A stretch of DNA of 64,000 nt, taken from the NCBI GenBank assembly GCA_964577595.1, contig CAZNZK010000001.1:208144-272143 (forward strand). Direction: 5' to 3'. The translations under genes were made by a program, and so were the position numbers. This document shows positions 18,320-27,909 of this stretch, piece by piece. The notes beneath the pieces were generated by a model. The model had not been told where the DNA came from and did no database searches. It worked only from the letters and a program-made list of their open reading frames with translations. The DNA comes from an uncultured Candidatus Saccharibacteria bacterium. Its GTDB lineage: Bacteria; Patescibacteriota; Minisyncoccia; Phycocordibacterales; JAKAEA01. The first letter of the stretch is position 1. Every line of letters begins with the position of its first letter.

Positions 18320-19831
18320 ATGTCATTAATTCGCAAAGCTAAAAAGCTCCGTGTGCTCTTTGTTGCCCCTGAGGCAGCCCCCTTCATTAAAGTAGGGGGT
18401 CTCGGAGAGGTTTTTCGTGCCCTGCCAAAATCATTGCGGGCGCTCGGTTGTGATGCTCGCGTTATTATCCCCCGCTATGCCGCCATTCCGGCTGAAAAAT
18501 TTCCAATGGACGTGCTTATCGCCGGCTTGAGCGTCTCAAGCGGCCCAGCCGGTAAGGAAATAATTTGCAATATTAAACAGCACATCGACGCCGACGGTAC
18601 CCCCACCTATTTTTTAGAAAATCAAGAATATTACGAACAGCGTGGCAGTGTCTATGGTTACGATGATGACGCCGCCCGCTGGGCGCTTCTGGCTCGAGGC
18701 ACACTAGAATTTGTACGTCGCAATGAAGACTGGCGACCCGATGTTATTGTGGGTGCCGACTGGCAAGGTGGTCTTTTGCCCGACCTCATAAAAACAACTT
18801 ACAAGGACGATCCTGTCCTTTCAAAAATCGCTACGGTCTTTTCCATTCACAATCTTTACTTCCAAGGAATGTTCAACCACCGCTTTGTGAACGATATGGA
18901 TTTTGACGACGGTAAATCCCCTATTCCTGATATCACCGATCCAAATCTCCTTAAAAAAACCAACTTCATGCGCCGCGGTATCCGCTATGCTGATGCTATC
19001 AATACCGTTTCGCCCACCTACGCCAAGGAAATTACCACCCCCGACTACGGCGAGCTTATGGACAACATCCTCTCCGAACGCCGCTCGCGCCTTTTCGGTA
19101 TTTTAAACGGCATTGACTACAATTATTGTAATCCACAAACAAATCCCAACGTCGTCCATAAATACAGCGCCAAAGATTTGAGCAATCGCGCAAAAAATAA
19201 AGCCGTTCTTCAGGAAAAATTCAACTTGGAGAAGGACCCGACCATGCCTGTTATCGGCATCGTTTCGCGTCTTAATGACCAAAAGGGCTTTGATCTCTTG
19301 GTGGATATGCTTGAGCCGCTCCTGGCCAATTGCCGCTTCCAACTGGTGGTGGTTGGCACAGGCGAAAGTAAATTCCTTTCGTTCTTCACTGAAATAGATA
19401 AAAAATATCCTCAGGTAGCTACTCATCTCTCTTTTGACGCCGATTTGCCCCACGTCGTATATGCTGGCGCCGACATTATTTTGATCCCGTCAAAATTTGA
19501 ACCGTGCGGCCTGACGCAAATGGAAGCGATGCGCTATGGCGCCCTACCCCTTGTGCGCAAAACCGGCGGCTTAGCCGACAGCGTAGAAAATTACAACCCC
19601 GCTACACAAACAGGCACCGGCTTCGTCTTTGAAAAATTTGATAAATATGAATTTTTTGTGGCTATTGTCCGCGCCTTGGAAAACTACAAATATCCGGGAG
19701 CCTGGGAAAAAACCCAAAAACGCGCCATGTCACAGAATTTTTCTTGGGACGAATCAGCTCAAAAATATTTTGATCTATTCAAGAAAGCTATTGGTTTTAA
19801 ACAGGAAGTAAAGCAGGAAGACAACCAATAA
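18320..19831 (+). CDS. glgA: Glycogen/starch synthase (ADP-glucose type, GT5).
   Basis: N-terminal FVAPEAAPFIKVGGLGEV. C-terminal GT-B motifs PSKFEPCGLTQMEAMRYGALP. Confidence 0.85.
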   Translation: MSLIRKAKKLRVLFVAPEAAPFIKVGGLGEVFRALPKSLRALGCDARVIIPRYAAIPAEKFPMDVLIAGLSVSSGPAGKEIICNIKQHIDADGTPTYFLENQEYYEQRGSVYGYDDDAARWALLARGTLEFVRRNEDWRPDVIVGADWQGGLLPDLIKTTYKDDPVLSKIATVFSIHNLYFQGMFNHRFVNDMDFDDGKSPIPDITDPNLLKKTNFMRRGIRYADAINTVSPTYAKEITTPDYGELMDNILSERRSRLFGILNGIDYNYCNPQTNPNVVHKYSAKDLSNRAKNKAVLQEKFNLEKDPTMPVIGIVSRLNDQKGFDLLVDMLEPLLANCRFQLVVVGTGESKFLSFFTEIDKKYPQVATHLSFDADLPHVVYAGADIILIPSKFEPCGLTQMEAMRYGALPLVRKTGGLADSVENYNPATQTGTGFVFEKFDKYEFFVAIVRALENYKYPGAWEKTQKRAMSQNFSWDESAQKYFDLFKKAIGFKQEVKQEDNQ

Positions 19832-19835
19832 AAAA

Positions 19836-21332
19836 ATGCGCTGGGCAAACTTTTTACACCTCTACCAGCCCGCGGATCAACAGCCAGACATCCTAGAAGC
19901 GGTAGTTGTGCAATCCTACAGACCCCTCCTTCAACACATACAAGAAAATAAAAACGTCCGATTAACCTTGAACGTGACCGGCGCACTCTTGGAGCTTTTT
20001 GATAAATATGGTTACCGCGATCTCATTGAAATATTGCGAGAAGTGGGTAGGGAGGGGCGCGTAGAATTTACTGGTTCGGCAAAATACCACGCTCTACTCC
20101 CCTTCCTGGAAGAATCTGAAATTATTCGACAAATAAAAATAAACGACGAAACAATGCGCTTTTTTCTTGAGGATGCCTACATGCCAGTGGGCTTTTTTCC
20201 GCCGGAAATGGCATACAAAGAAGCACTCGCGCCAATTGTGGAAAAACTCGGCTTCAAGTGGATTATTTTAGACGAAATCGCCTTTAACGGACATGCTCAG
20301 GGGGTTGATTATACAAAACTCTATAAAATCACCGGTTCAAATTTGCACGTTTTTTTCCGCGAACGCAGGACGAGCAACCTTATCATGAGTGCAATGGTTC
20401 GCTCAGCCGATTCACTTCGGGAAACAATGAAGGCAGATCTGACGAGCGACCGCTATCTTATTACCGCCATGGATGGCGAAACATTTGGCCACCACCGACC
20501 GGGTCTTGAAAAGATGTTATTTGAGATTTTTTCTGCTCCCGACTTTAACTTTGTAACCATCTCTGATCTTTTAAAACACTATGCGGGCACAGAGGTTGGA
20601 GTTGCACCCATCCAATCAACATGGGCGTCAAGTCCACTGGATATTGAACGTAATGTTCAGTTTTTATCATGGCACGACCCTGTAAATATTATCCATGGCT
20701 GGCAATGGGAACTTTTATACTTAGCCCTCGCAGAAGTCCACACACTTCCACAAAATACTCCGGGCTACAACGAAATTCGAAAGAAATTAGACGTAGCCCT
20801 CGCAAGCGACCATCTTTGGTGGGCATCAGCCAAACCGTGGTGGAGTATTGAGATGATTGAAGATGGTGCCTTTCGACTCCTGGATACTCTCCGTTCAATT
20901 CCAGGCATAACCTCTGATAAAATCGCCTCGGCGAGCAATTTGTACGAACATATTGTTTCTACTGCCTTTCAATGGAAACGCTCCGGCAAAATTTATCAAA
21001 TGATGCAGGAGCAGGATTCGCGGATACGTATACCTTTCAAAGACCGAACGGTGGGTCAAGGCGGTGCTGAAGAGGGGGTCTATCACGCATTCATGGATAT
21101 GCTGAGCGATGTGGAAAAAAAAGCGGTTACAAAAAGAGAGTATGAAAAAGCTATTCTTTGGCGAGACGCTCGTTACAAACTTGAAAACAAGCTTGATATT
21201 TACGATACAGTAGCGGCTATTGATCTATTGCGGCTAGAAATCCCCAACGTTGATGTCGAGAAAATTATTGAACAATATAAAGAAAAATACCGCCACCTGC
21301 GCGGTGGCCAGCCTGAGCAGCGCGGCGCTTAA
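19836..21332 (+). CDS. Glycoside hydrolase family 57-like protein (alpha-glucan processing), adjacent to glgA.
   Basis: N-terminal FLHLYQP (the GH57 HQP-like motif). Size and position next to glgA with a 4-nt gap. Confidence 0.65.
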   Translation: MRWANFLHLYQPADQQPDILEAVVVQSYRPLLQHIQENKNVRLTLNVTGALLELFDKYGYRDLIEILREVGREGRVEFTGSAKYHALLPFLEESEIIRQIKINDETMRFFLEDAYMPVGFFPPEMAYKEALAPIVEKLGFKWIILDEIAFNGHAQGVDYTKLYKITGSNLHVFFRERRTSNLIMSAMVRSADSLRETMKADLTSDRYLITAMDGETFGHHRPGLEKMLFEIFSAPDFNFVTISDLLKHYAGTEVGVAPIQSTWASSPLDIERNVQFLSWHDPVNIIHGWQWELLYLALAEVHTLPQNTPGYNEIRKKLDVALASDHLWWASAKPWWSIEMIEDGAFRLLDTLRSIPGITSDKIASASNLYEHIVSTAFQWKRSGKIYQMMQEQDSRIRIPFKDRTVGQGGAEEGVYHAFMDMLSDVEKKAVTKREYEKAILWRDARYKLENKLDIYDTVAAIDLLRLEIPNVDVEKIIEQYKEKYRHLRGGQPEQRGA

Positions 21333-21335
21333 AAA

Positions 21336-22286
21336 TTAGGATTTAAACAACGCCAAGAATTTGAGCGGGTCAATAGAAACGCCGGCAATTTTAATGGAAA
21401 GATGGAGGTGTGGCCCTTCGGAGTAGCCAGTTTCGCCGGAAAGGCCGAGAAGTTGGCCGCGTTGTACCACCTGCCCCGGCTTCACGTCTATTTCAGAAAG
21501 ATGCATATAGAGCGACTGCACGCCCACACCGTGATCAAGCACTATAGTATTGCCATACGCCGTGAATGGTTCGGCGATTTTCACGATACCACGATTGATT
21601 GCATATACCGGAGTACCGGGAGCAGCGGCAAAGTCGGTACCTTCGTGCGTAATGGCCACCGCCCCACTGTCGCGCGTAATGCCAAATTTGTCGGTGACGG
21701 TTGGTGAAGCAACGGGAAAACGGAACGGCTCGCTCCAGAGCGCGGTGCTTGTTGACGTGACAGCTTTCAGTGTCGCATTTTCCTGACTAAGAACTGAAAC
21801 TAAATTTTCTTGATTAGCCACGCTATTACCACCTAGTTGAGCTGGCACGGGTAAATATTCCTGCGGTCGTGGACGCGTTGAAATTTGAAAATCAACAGAA
21901 AGCGTGACACCGACCCGAAGCGTAACCGTGATTGTAGAGGTTCCTGGCATTTGCGAAAGAGGCACGCCATAAAAGGCCACCAGACGGCCATCATAAGGAG
22001 CAAAATGGAGCGGCGTGGCACTTCGGCCCTGCCACAAAACAGCACCGCGAATAGCCGCTGGCGTACTCGTGCCAAAAAGAATGAATTCTACCGGCTCACC
22101 CTGTAGAATCTTTCCTGCCGCGGGTGCAAAAGAAAGAGAGAGGGGCGTCGGTACTAAACTTCGGGTTATAAAAAACCCAAAAATAATTCCCAGTACCAAA
22201 CCCCCGAGCAAGCCGAGGGTGATGAGCTGATTTTTAAAAGTATCCGGCGCTGGCGGTGGATTTTTTTTCTTGTGGCGCTTACTCAC
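21336..22286 (-). CDS. M23-family peptidoglycan DD-metalloendopeptidase with an N-terminal TM.
   Basis: C-terminal HxxxD...GxSGxTG..PHLHLS M23 motifs (LDHGVGVQSLYMHLS, GLSGETGYSEGPHLHLSI). Confidence 0.85.
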   Translation of the reverse strand: MSKRHKKKNPPPAPDTFKNQLITLGLLGGLVLGIIFGFFITRSLVPTPLSLSFAPAAGKILQGEPVEFILFGTSTPAAIRGAVLWQGRSATPLHFAPYDGRLVAFYGVPLSQMPGTSTITVTLRVGVTLSVDFQISTRPRPQEYLPVPAQLGGNSVANQENLVSVLSQENATLKAVTSTSTALWSEPFRFPVASPTVTDKFGITRDSGAVAITHEGTDFAAAPGTPVYAINRGIVKIAEPFTAYGNTIVLDHGVGVQSLYMHLSEIDVKPGQVVQRGQLLGLSGETGYSEGPHLHLSIKIAGVSIDPLKFLALFKS

Positions 22287-22405
22287 ACCTATAGTATACG
22301 CTATTGGATTTTTGCCTTTGTGTATAAAAAAGCCCGCGGCCTGTGCAATTGCGACAGACCACGGGCAGGTGTGGAGACAAAGAAAGGACTAGAATTGACG
22401 GGGAG

Positions 22406-23185
22406 TTACGCGACGACGGCGTGCCGACACTTGCGGAAGGCGCCGTAAGCACCTAGGCCCACCAACATAGAGATGCCGCTCCACACAGACGCAGGAAGCG
22501 GTGTGGGGCTACCCGTGCCGACGACGACCGTCATGTTGTCGGAGGCGAGGAGTGAATCGGCGTTCTGGTTGGCGCCGCGAAAGACATCCAACTGGAAAGT
22601 GTAGGTGTTATTGGCGTTCATGTCGTAAAACGACGCGAGCGGAAAGTCACCGAAGTTGGGATTTTCCGACTGCTGAACACCCCACTGCCCCGCACTCTCA
22701 GGCGTCGTCTTGCCGGCACTTCCCCAGCCCGAATCGTCGCCCCAGTAGGTAAGCGGGTTAATCGTCACCGTGTTGCCACCGATGTCGGTAATGGTCAGGG
22801 CGGCGCTAATGTCGGCCAACGTCAGCAAACCAACGCCACTCGGCTGGAGGTCAATGGAAAACTCATAATTCCACGCCGCCCGATTGGCAGCCGACGGCCC
22901 GCCGGAAGTGACCGCAGTTTCGGCGCCGGTAACCACATTGTAGGTACTGGTCGGCGAATCAATGACCGCCGGATTCTGCCGGTACTTGGCCCGCAAACCG
23001 AGCTCAATACCGCCGTTGTTGACGACGGTGAATCCGCCATTCGGATTTCCACTGCCGTCATACCAGCCGGGGTCAGCCGAACTGGTCGGCGATGCCAAAC
23101 TCGCGTCGTAGACCGTCGCCGCAAAGAGGGGCGAAGCGCCCAAGACAAACGCGGCCAAGATACCAAAACCGAGGTGCAGCTTCAT
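22406..23185 (-). CDS. Secreted protein with a PEP-CTERM-like C-terminal sorting tail.
   Basis: Signal peptide MKLHLGFGILAAFVLGASPLFA. C-terminus PTPLPASVWSGISMLVGLGAYGAFRKCR (Pro-rich motif, TM helix, basic cluster). Confidence 0.55.
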   Translation of the reverse strand: MKLHLGFGILAAFVLGASPLFAATVYDASLASPTSSADPGWYDGSGNPNGGFTVVNNGGIELGLRAKYRQNPAVIDSPTSTYNVVTGAETAVTSGGPSAANRAAWNYEFSIDLQPSGVGLLTLADISAALTITDIGGNTVTINPLTYWGDDSGWGSAGKTTPESAGQWGVQQSENPNFGDFPLASFYDMNANNTYTFQLDVFRGANQNADSLLASDNMTVVVGTGSPTPLPASVWSGISMLVGLGAYGAFRKCRHAVVA

Positions 23186-23328
23186 AAGAAGCCTCCAAAA
23201 AAAAAGAATCCCACAGATGTGCATCGAAACGCTCGACCCACAATCATGTATTGAAGAACAAAAACCCCATAGGGAGTAATGCTGTCACAATATATAACAC
23301 CTTTTCAAAATTCGGTCAATCCCCGCTT

Positions 23329-23916
23329 CTAGTATAGAAAAGGTATGAGGCGTTTAGTTCTTTTAAGATACGCCGGATACTGCTCTGGGAATTGAGAGAG
23401 CATTAATTGTTCTTCAATGTGGGCGCTAAACACAAAATAGACCGCACTACCCAGAACTACCAAAAACCACACCGTACTTGAGGAAAAGGCCGAGCCAAGG
23501 GCCGCCAGCAAGATACCCGAATAGATAGGATGCCGGATAAAACGATATGGACCGCTCGTCACAAGCTCGGGCTCTTGCCGCACTGTCATGGGCATGCCCC
23601 AGTTGCGACCAAGGTGCACTCGCGCCCAAATAGCCAAGCCGAGGCCCGCCGCGCAAAGCAGAACACCAAGAACGTTGAGTGTTGGCCCGAAGACAACCGC
23701 GCTCGAGCTATCAAAAAAATGTCTAACGGACTGAAACTGCAGAATAAAAATGATAATCACCATAATCAATAACCGGGGGATCCAGAAACTGCGCAATCGG
23801 CTATAACCCTTTACGCTCTTTTTTGCTTGGAGCGCCGAAACAAACCAATAGATGATAAAAAGGAGCCAAAAAATGACAATTATTTGGGTAAGAATTTGCG
23901 TGAGCATGGTGGTCAT
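23329..23916 (-). CDS. Isoprenylcysteine carboxyl methyltransferase (ICMT)/phospholipid methyltransferase family membrane protein.
   Basis: Multi-TM. LGRNW...SGPYRFIRHPIYSG motif. Confidence 0.75.
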   Translation of the reverse strand: MTTMLTQILTQIIVIFWLLFIIYWFVSALQAKKSVKGYSRLRSFWIPRLLIMVIIIFILQFQSVRHFFDSSSAVVFGPTLNVLGVLLCAAGLGLAIWARVHLGRNWGMPMTVRQEPELVTSGPYRFIRHPIYSGILLAALGSAFSSSTVWFLVVLGSAVYFVFSAHIEEQLMLSQFPEQYPAYLKRTKRLIPFLY

Positions 23917-23919
23917 GTG

Positions 23920-24558
23920 TTAAAGGCTAAAATCATGGCTTTCTCCCGCTTTCATGCCCGTAAAAGTAATGCCGTGCTCGCTGAAAATCTTTGGCAAAAT
24001 GGTATTCACAAGAGTAGAACTATTCATAGCATCATGCACTGGAAAGGCCTGTTTTGGCTTCACTGCTAATGCGTAACGGATGGCATCAGGAATTTTACAC
24101 CACGGCCCGGCCACCGGCAAAGCCAAAATCTCCACCACTACGCCCGGCTGATGAAAAGAATCCCCTGGAAAAAAGAGCGCCCCATCAATGAGATAGCCCG
24201 TGTTTTGCACCTGGCCAATTTCTTCAAAAATCTCCTCATGCCTACCGTCAAAAGCGGCAAAAGCCACACCCGTAACATCTAGCGTGCTAGCACCCTCAAG
24301 AACCGTGTAGGAGATTTTCAACGCGTCTAGCTTTTTACCTACACCGGAATTAGTAATAACAATCGCCTTGGGATTGTGCGTAAGAACTTCCTGTACCGAC
24401 TCAGTGTGGAAGTGGTCGCCATGTTCATGGGTAATGAGCACCACATCAATACCCGTGAGCGTGTTTTGCTCGGTGGAATAGGAGCCGGGATCCGTTAAAA
24501 TAGTCAGCCCGCTGGTTTTGATAAGGAGGCAACAATGGCCGATTTTTTTAATGGTCAT
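23920..24558 (-). CDS. MBL-fold metallo-hydrolase.
   Basis: LITHEHGDHF (HxHxDH motif). Confidence 0.8.
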   Translation of the reverse strand: MTIKKIGHCCLLIKTSGLTILTDPGSYSTEQNTLTGIDVVLITHEHGDHFHTESVQEVLTHNPKAIVITNSGVGKKLDALKISYTVLEGASTLDVTGVAFAAFDGRHEEIFEEIGQVQNTGYLIDGALFFPGDSFHQPGVVVEILALPVAGPWCKIPDAIRYALAVKPKQAFPVHDAMNSSTLVNTILPKIFSEHGITFTGMKAGESHDFSL

Positions 24559-24659
24559 ATGACAATAATAACACGAGGGGAGGACGAATGGTTACAATAA
24601 ACCATGAAAAAATCCCCTTGGCATTAAAACCGCGGAGACTTTTTCCAAAATGGCGAGTA

Positions 24660-24872
24660 TTACATCTGTGAACCCTTCGGCTTCATGGCCGCGGCCACAA
24701 TCAAATAGAGGGCACTCAAACCAACAAGCCCGTACACGATTGCTGAAATCATGGAACCAACACCAAAAATTGAATCAACCACATTATAGCCAACCGAGAC
24801 CAAACCCCAGTTCAAGCCGCCGATGATGACGAGGATGAACGCAATCCAACCCAACGTGCTCATTTGCTTCAT
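24660..24872 (-). CDS. DUF378-family small membrane protein.
   Basis: GGLNWGLV...YGLVGLSALY pattern typical of DUF378. Two TM helices. Confidence 0.7.
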   Translation of the reverse strand: MKQMSTLGWIAFILVIIGGLNWGLVSVGYNVVDSIFGVGSMISAIVYGLVGLSALYLIVAAAMKPKGSQM

Positions 24873-24957
24873 AGTGATGAGATATTAGAAATAATGCCTG
24901 ACTGTTTAATTATACCGCTTCCACAGTGATGTAAAAGCGACCTGTGTATAACTCAAT

Positions 24958-25000
24958 TTTAAGAAAAAGCCCCGCGCCTTATAAAAAGAAACGGGGCGGA
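24958..25000 (-). terminator. Putative rho-independent terminator downstream of the 25028..25594 gene.
   Basis: gccccg/cggggc stem. On the minus strand it is followed by TTTTTCTTAAAATT. Confidence 0.35.
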
Positions 25001-25027
25001 CTATAAAAACAATTGACCAAAGCACGA

Positions 25028-25594
25028 TCAGGTGGCAGCGAAATTGATGATGGACACAATAGAAGTACGGTCTAGACGCAGTTCGTGTACAGTCGAAACA
25101 TTTAAAACACAAATGATGGCGGCACAACGGTCACCCTGTTCGGTCAACAAACTCACGAACTCCTTCAAAGGGAGAATGTCTTCGGGGCGTAAAACGTCCT
25201 TAATCATTGCCCACCCTCGACCATCCCCTCGGGCGGAAAACTTAGGATGCTTCAGCGTGAGCACCTCTTCCTGGCTCACCCGAGAAAGTACCCGGCATCC
25301 GCGTTCATAGAATGTCTCAAGAACGCGTGTGATGGGTGTGCTATTGCCGGGCAATGCGCAAAAACCAGCCAAGTTAGTACAACACGCAGCGTGGTTAATG
25401 AGCGTTGCGAGACCCCGAGCAACTTGCCCACAAAGATCGAGGTGATTCTCAAAAGGGCTGGGATTCCACGTAAACCCGGATTCGTGAGGTTGGTAGACAC
25501 TAAACCACGTGAGCAAATCCAAACCGGTAGAATACTTAGGCTGTCCATGTTGCTCCGGCACACAACAAAGTCCATCTTGTAGATGTGCGGTCAT
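25028..25594 (-). CDS. Hypothetical Cys-containing protein. Strand choice is uncertain.
   Basis: Longest ORF in the region from the internal Met MTAHLQ. Competing plus-strand ORFs are shorter. No motif recognised. Confidence 0.35.
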   Translation of the reverse strand: MTAHLQDGLCCVPEQHGQPKYSTGLDLLTWFSVYQPHESGFTWNPSPFENHLDLCGQVARGLATLINHAACCTNLAGFCALPGNSTPITRVLETFYERGCRVLSRVSQEEVLTLKHPKFSARGDGRGWAMIKDVLRPEDILPLKEFVSLLTEQGDRCAAIICVLNVSTVHELRLDRTSIVSIINFAAT

Positions 25595-25800
25595 GTAAAC
25601 TCTCCTTTTGTTAAAAATCAATGTGCAAACACGAATCTCGACTTCCTGACCAACAATAGCGCGCGTGACAGAAGGAGTAAAGGCACAAAAGCCCCGCACA
25701 CATTGACTTTACTGTTAAAATGACCTACAATACAGGCAGGTGGCTTCTTTGCATGTTGCACGGAAGCGCATATAGGTAGGCCACTTTTGGAGAACACACA

Positions 25801-26058
25801 ATGCTCATCAACAAGAAAAACGAATGGGGAATGAAACTGATGTGGGCGCTCATTATTAGCCTGGCACTTCCCCTCCTCTACAAAACCATTGTTGTCGGGT
25901 GGGCGGAAACGCTGCTCGCCGTCCAGAGAGCGGAAAGTTATGCATTCTGGGCCGTACCAATTTTGTTCGCACTCATCATCACTAGTTATCACTGGGGTAC
26001 CTACGAAAAGGCCAGCGAGTTCTTCCGGGAAATCTGGAACGACTTCTTGGCAAAATAA
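25801..26058 (+). CDS. Small two-TM membrane protein.
   Basis: Hydrophobic helices LMWALIISLALPLLY and AVPILFALIITSY. Followed by a strong terminator. Confidence 0.45.
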   Translation: MLINKKNEWGMKLMWALIISLALPLLYKTIVVGWAETLLAVQRAESYAFWAVPILFALIITSYHWGTYEKASEFFREIWNDFLAK

Positions 26059-26084
26059 CGGCAACGTCGCCCCACACAAGCAAA

Positions 26085-26115
26085 ACGCCGACCTCACGAG
26101 AGGCGGCGTTTTTTC
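26085..26115 (+). terminator. Rho-independent terminator (acgccgacctc...gaggcggcgt followed by T6).
   Basis: About 10-bp GC-rich stem with one bulge, followed by ttttttctt. Confidence 0.5.
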
Positions 26116-26163
26116 TTGCCTACGGTAATTAAGGTTGGACCCCTCAGTAACCGGTGCCTGACC

Positions 26164-26379
26164 CTAGTTGTCCGGCGTGGCGGCCCACGTTTTGTTGAAA
26201 TCGGCCTGCCATTTTTTCATCATTGGGTCATCTTTCGGCGCCTTTTTCACATCCGCGGCCATTTTAGGATGAGCCTTTTCCAAATGCTTCATACCCACGC
26301 TCATCATCTCCTCGGGAGTATTGGCTGAAAGCTTCGTGTCGCATCCCCCACCCATCTGTTTGCACGTAAGTGTTTTCAT
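26164..26379 (-). CDS. DUF1059-family small protein.
   Basis: MKTLTCKQMGGGCD...EEMM..HL..AHP pattern typical of DUF1059. Confidence 0.65.
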   Translation of the reverse strand: MKTLTCKQMGGGCDTKLSANTPEEMMSVGMKHLEKAHPKMAADVKKAPKDDPMMKKWQADFNKTWAATPDN

Positions 26380-26610
26380 ATGTTTTTATGATTATTTTAT
26401 AAAGACCAAGACAATAGTATAGCGAACTCACACCGCTTGACGCAATTACCGTTCTTTGCTATAATCTACGGGTAACTTCATATCTCCAGTGTTTCGTTGC
26501 CTGAGCCCAGTCCTACAATAAGCGCTCAACAATCGTGGCGTAAGCCTTCCAAAACCCTCGAGAGGCAGCCACGATTTATTCTTAACGGCTTCAGGTTATA
26601 GGCCCCGTTT

Positions 26611-27888
26611 GTGGGCCTTATAAGCAGTATGTATAACAACACTCCAGGCCGCTCATCCGGCTCGCATTCTTCGTTTAATAAACCAATATCGCGCGGGCCT
26701 TCTTTCGGCTCACGCGGTTCATATAACCCTCGTTTTAGCGGGGCGCCTAGCCGTGGTCGCTTCCCTGCTCGCCGTATCGCGCCTCGCATTGACGTCTCCC
26801 GCTACATTAATAAGAGCGCTGTGCCTGTGGCACCAACTGCACCCTATGTGCCCGAGCACGCCTTCGATGATTTTGCCATTACTGAAAAACTCAAGGCTAA
26901 TATTATAACTAAGGGCTACACCACCCCTACCCCCATCCAGGATAAATCCATTCCTGTGGTTTTGGCTGGCTCCGACATTGTTGGCATTGCCAACACGGGC
27001 ACCGGTAAAACTGCCGCCTTTTTGATTCCGCTTATTAATAAAGTACTGCTCAACCCACGTGAACTGGTGCTCATTGTGGTGCCGACCCGCGAGCTTGCTA
27101 TGCAAATTGACGAGGAGCTCAAAGGCTTTACCAAAGGCCTCGGCCTCCACTCTGTTGTTTGCGTCGGTGGAGCATCCATTACTATGCAATTGCGGGCGCT
27201 GCGCCTCTTCAATAACTTCGTTATTGGCACACCTGGCCGCATTAAGGACCTTATTGACCGTCGCGCCCTCAACTTGGCCGGTTTCAAAACCGCCGTTTTA
27301 GACGAAGCCGACCGCATGCTGGACATGGGCTTCGTCAACGACATGCGCCGTATGATGGGCCAAATGCCAAAGGAAAAACAAACCCTTTTCTTCTCTGCAA
27401 CTATGTCGCCGGAAGTTGAAGGACTTATCAAAGAATTCCTCCGCAACCCGGTGCGCATTTCCACCAAAACCGGCACCACCGCCAAAAACGTTGAGCAAGA
27501 CGTTGTTCGCGTTGCCCCCGGCCGCGACAAGCTTGATACTCTCCACGACCTTCTCAAAGGCCCCGGCTATGAGCGCGTTTTGATTTTCGGCCGCACCAAG
27601 CACGGTGTGGAACGCCTCTCCCGCACCCTCGTTGAGCGCGGCTTCCTCTCAGCTTCTATTCACGGCAATAAAAGCCAGCCTCAGCGCGAGCGCGCCCTGG
27701 CCGACTTCAAAAATAACCGCGCTAAAATCCTCGTCGCCACCGACGTTGCCGCTCGTGGCCTCGACATTAACGACATCACCCACGTCATCAACTACGACCT
27801 GCCTGCCACCCACGACGACTACATCCACCGCATCGGCCGCACCGGCCGCGGTAATAAGAAAGGCAAAGCCCTTACGTTCGTAGAGTAA
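26611..27888 (+). CDS. DEAD-box ATP-dependent RNA helicase with an about 80-aa N-terminal Arg/Gly/Ser-rich extension.
   Basis: Q-motif, AxTGTGKT, PTRELA, DEAD (VLDEADRMLDMGF), SAT, HRIGRTGR motifs. Confidence 0.85.
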   Translation: MGLISSMYNNTPGRSSGSHSSFNKPISRGPSFGSRGSYNPRFSGAPSRGRFPARRIAPRIDVSRYINKSAVPVAPTAPYVPEHAFDDFAITEKLKANIITKGYTTPTPIQDKSIPVVLAGSDIVGIANTGTGKTAAFLIPLINKVLLNPRELVLIVVPTRELAMQIDEELKGFTKGLGLHSVVCVGGASITMQLRALRLFNNFVIGTPGRIKDLIDRRALNLAGFKTAVLDEADRMLDMGFVNDMRRMMGQMPKEKQTLFFSATMSPEVEGLIKEFLRNPVRISTKTGTTAKNVEQDVVRVAPGRDKLDTLHDLLKGPGYERVLIFGRTKHGVERLSRTLVERGFLSASIHGNKSQPQRERALADFKNNRAKILVATDVAARGLDINDITHVINYDLPATHDDYIHRIGRTGRGNKKGKALTFVE

Positions 27889-27909
27889 TTAACCGGGGTC
27901 AGGCACCGG

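Noticed and set aside
25618-26097. Minus-strand 159-aa ORF overlapping the plus-strand 85-aa membrane-protein gene and its promoter region
   Set aside because: Its composition is Cys-scattered and random-like with no motif. The plus-strand gene has clear TM helices and a strong terminator. It is probably spurious.
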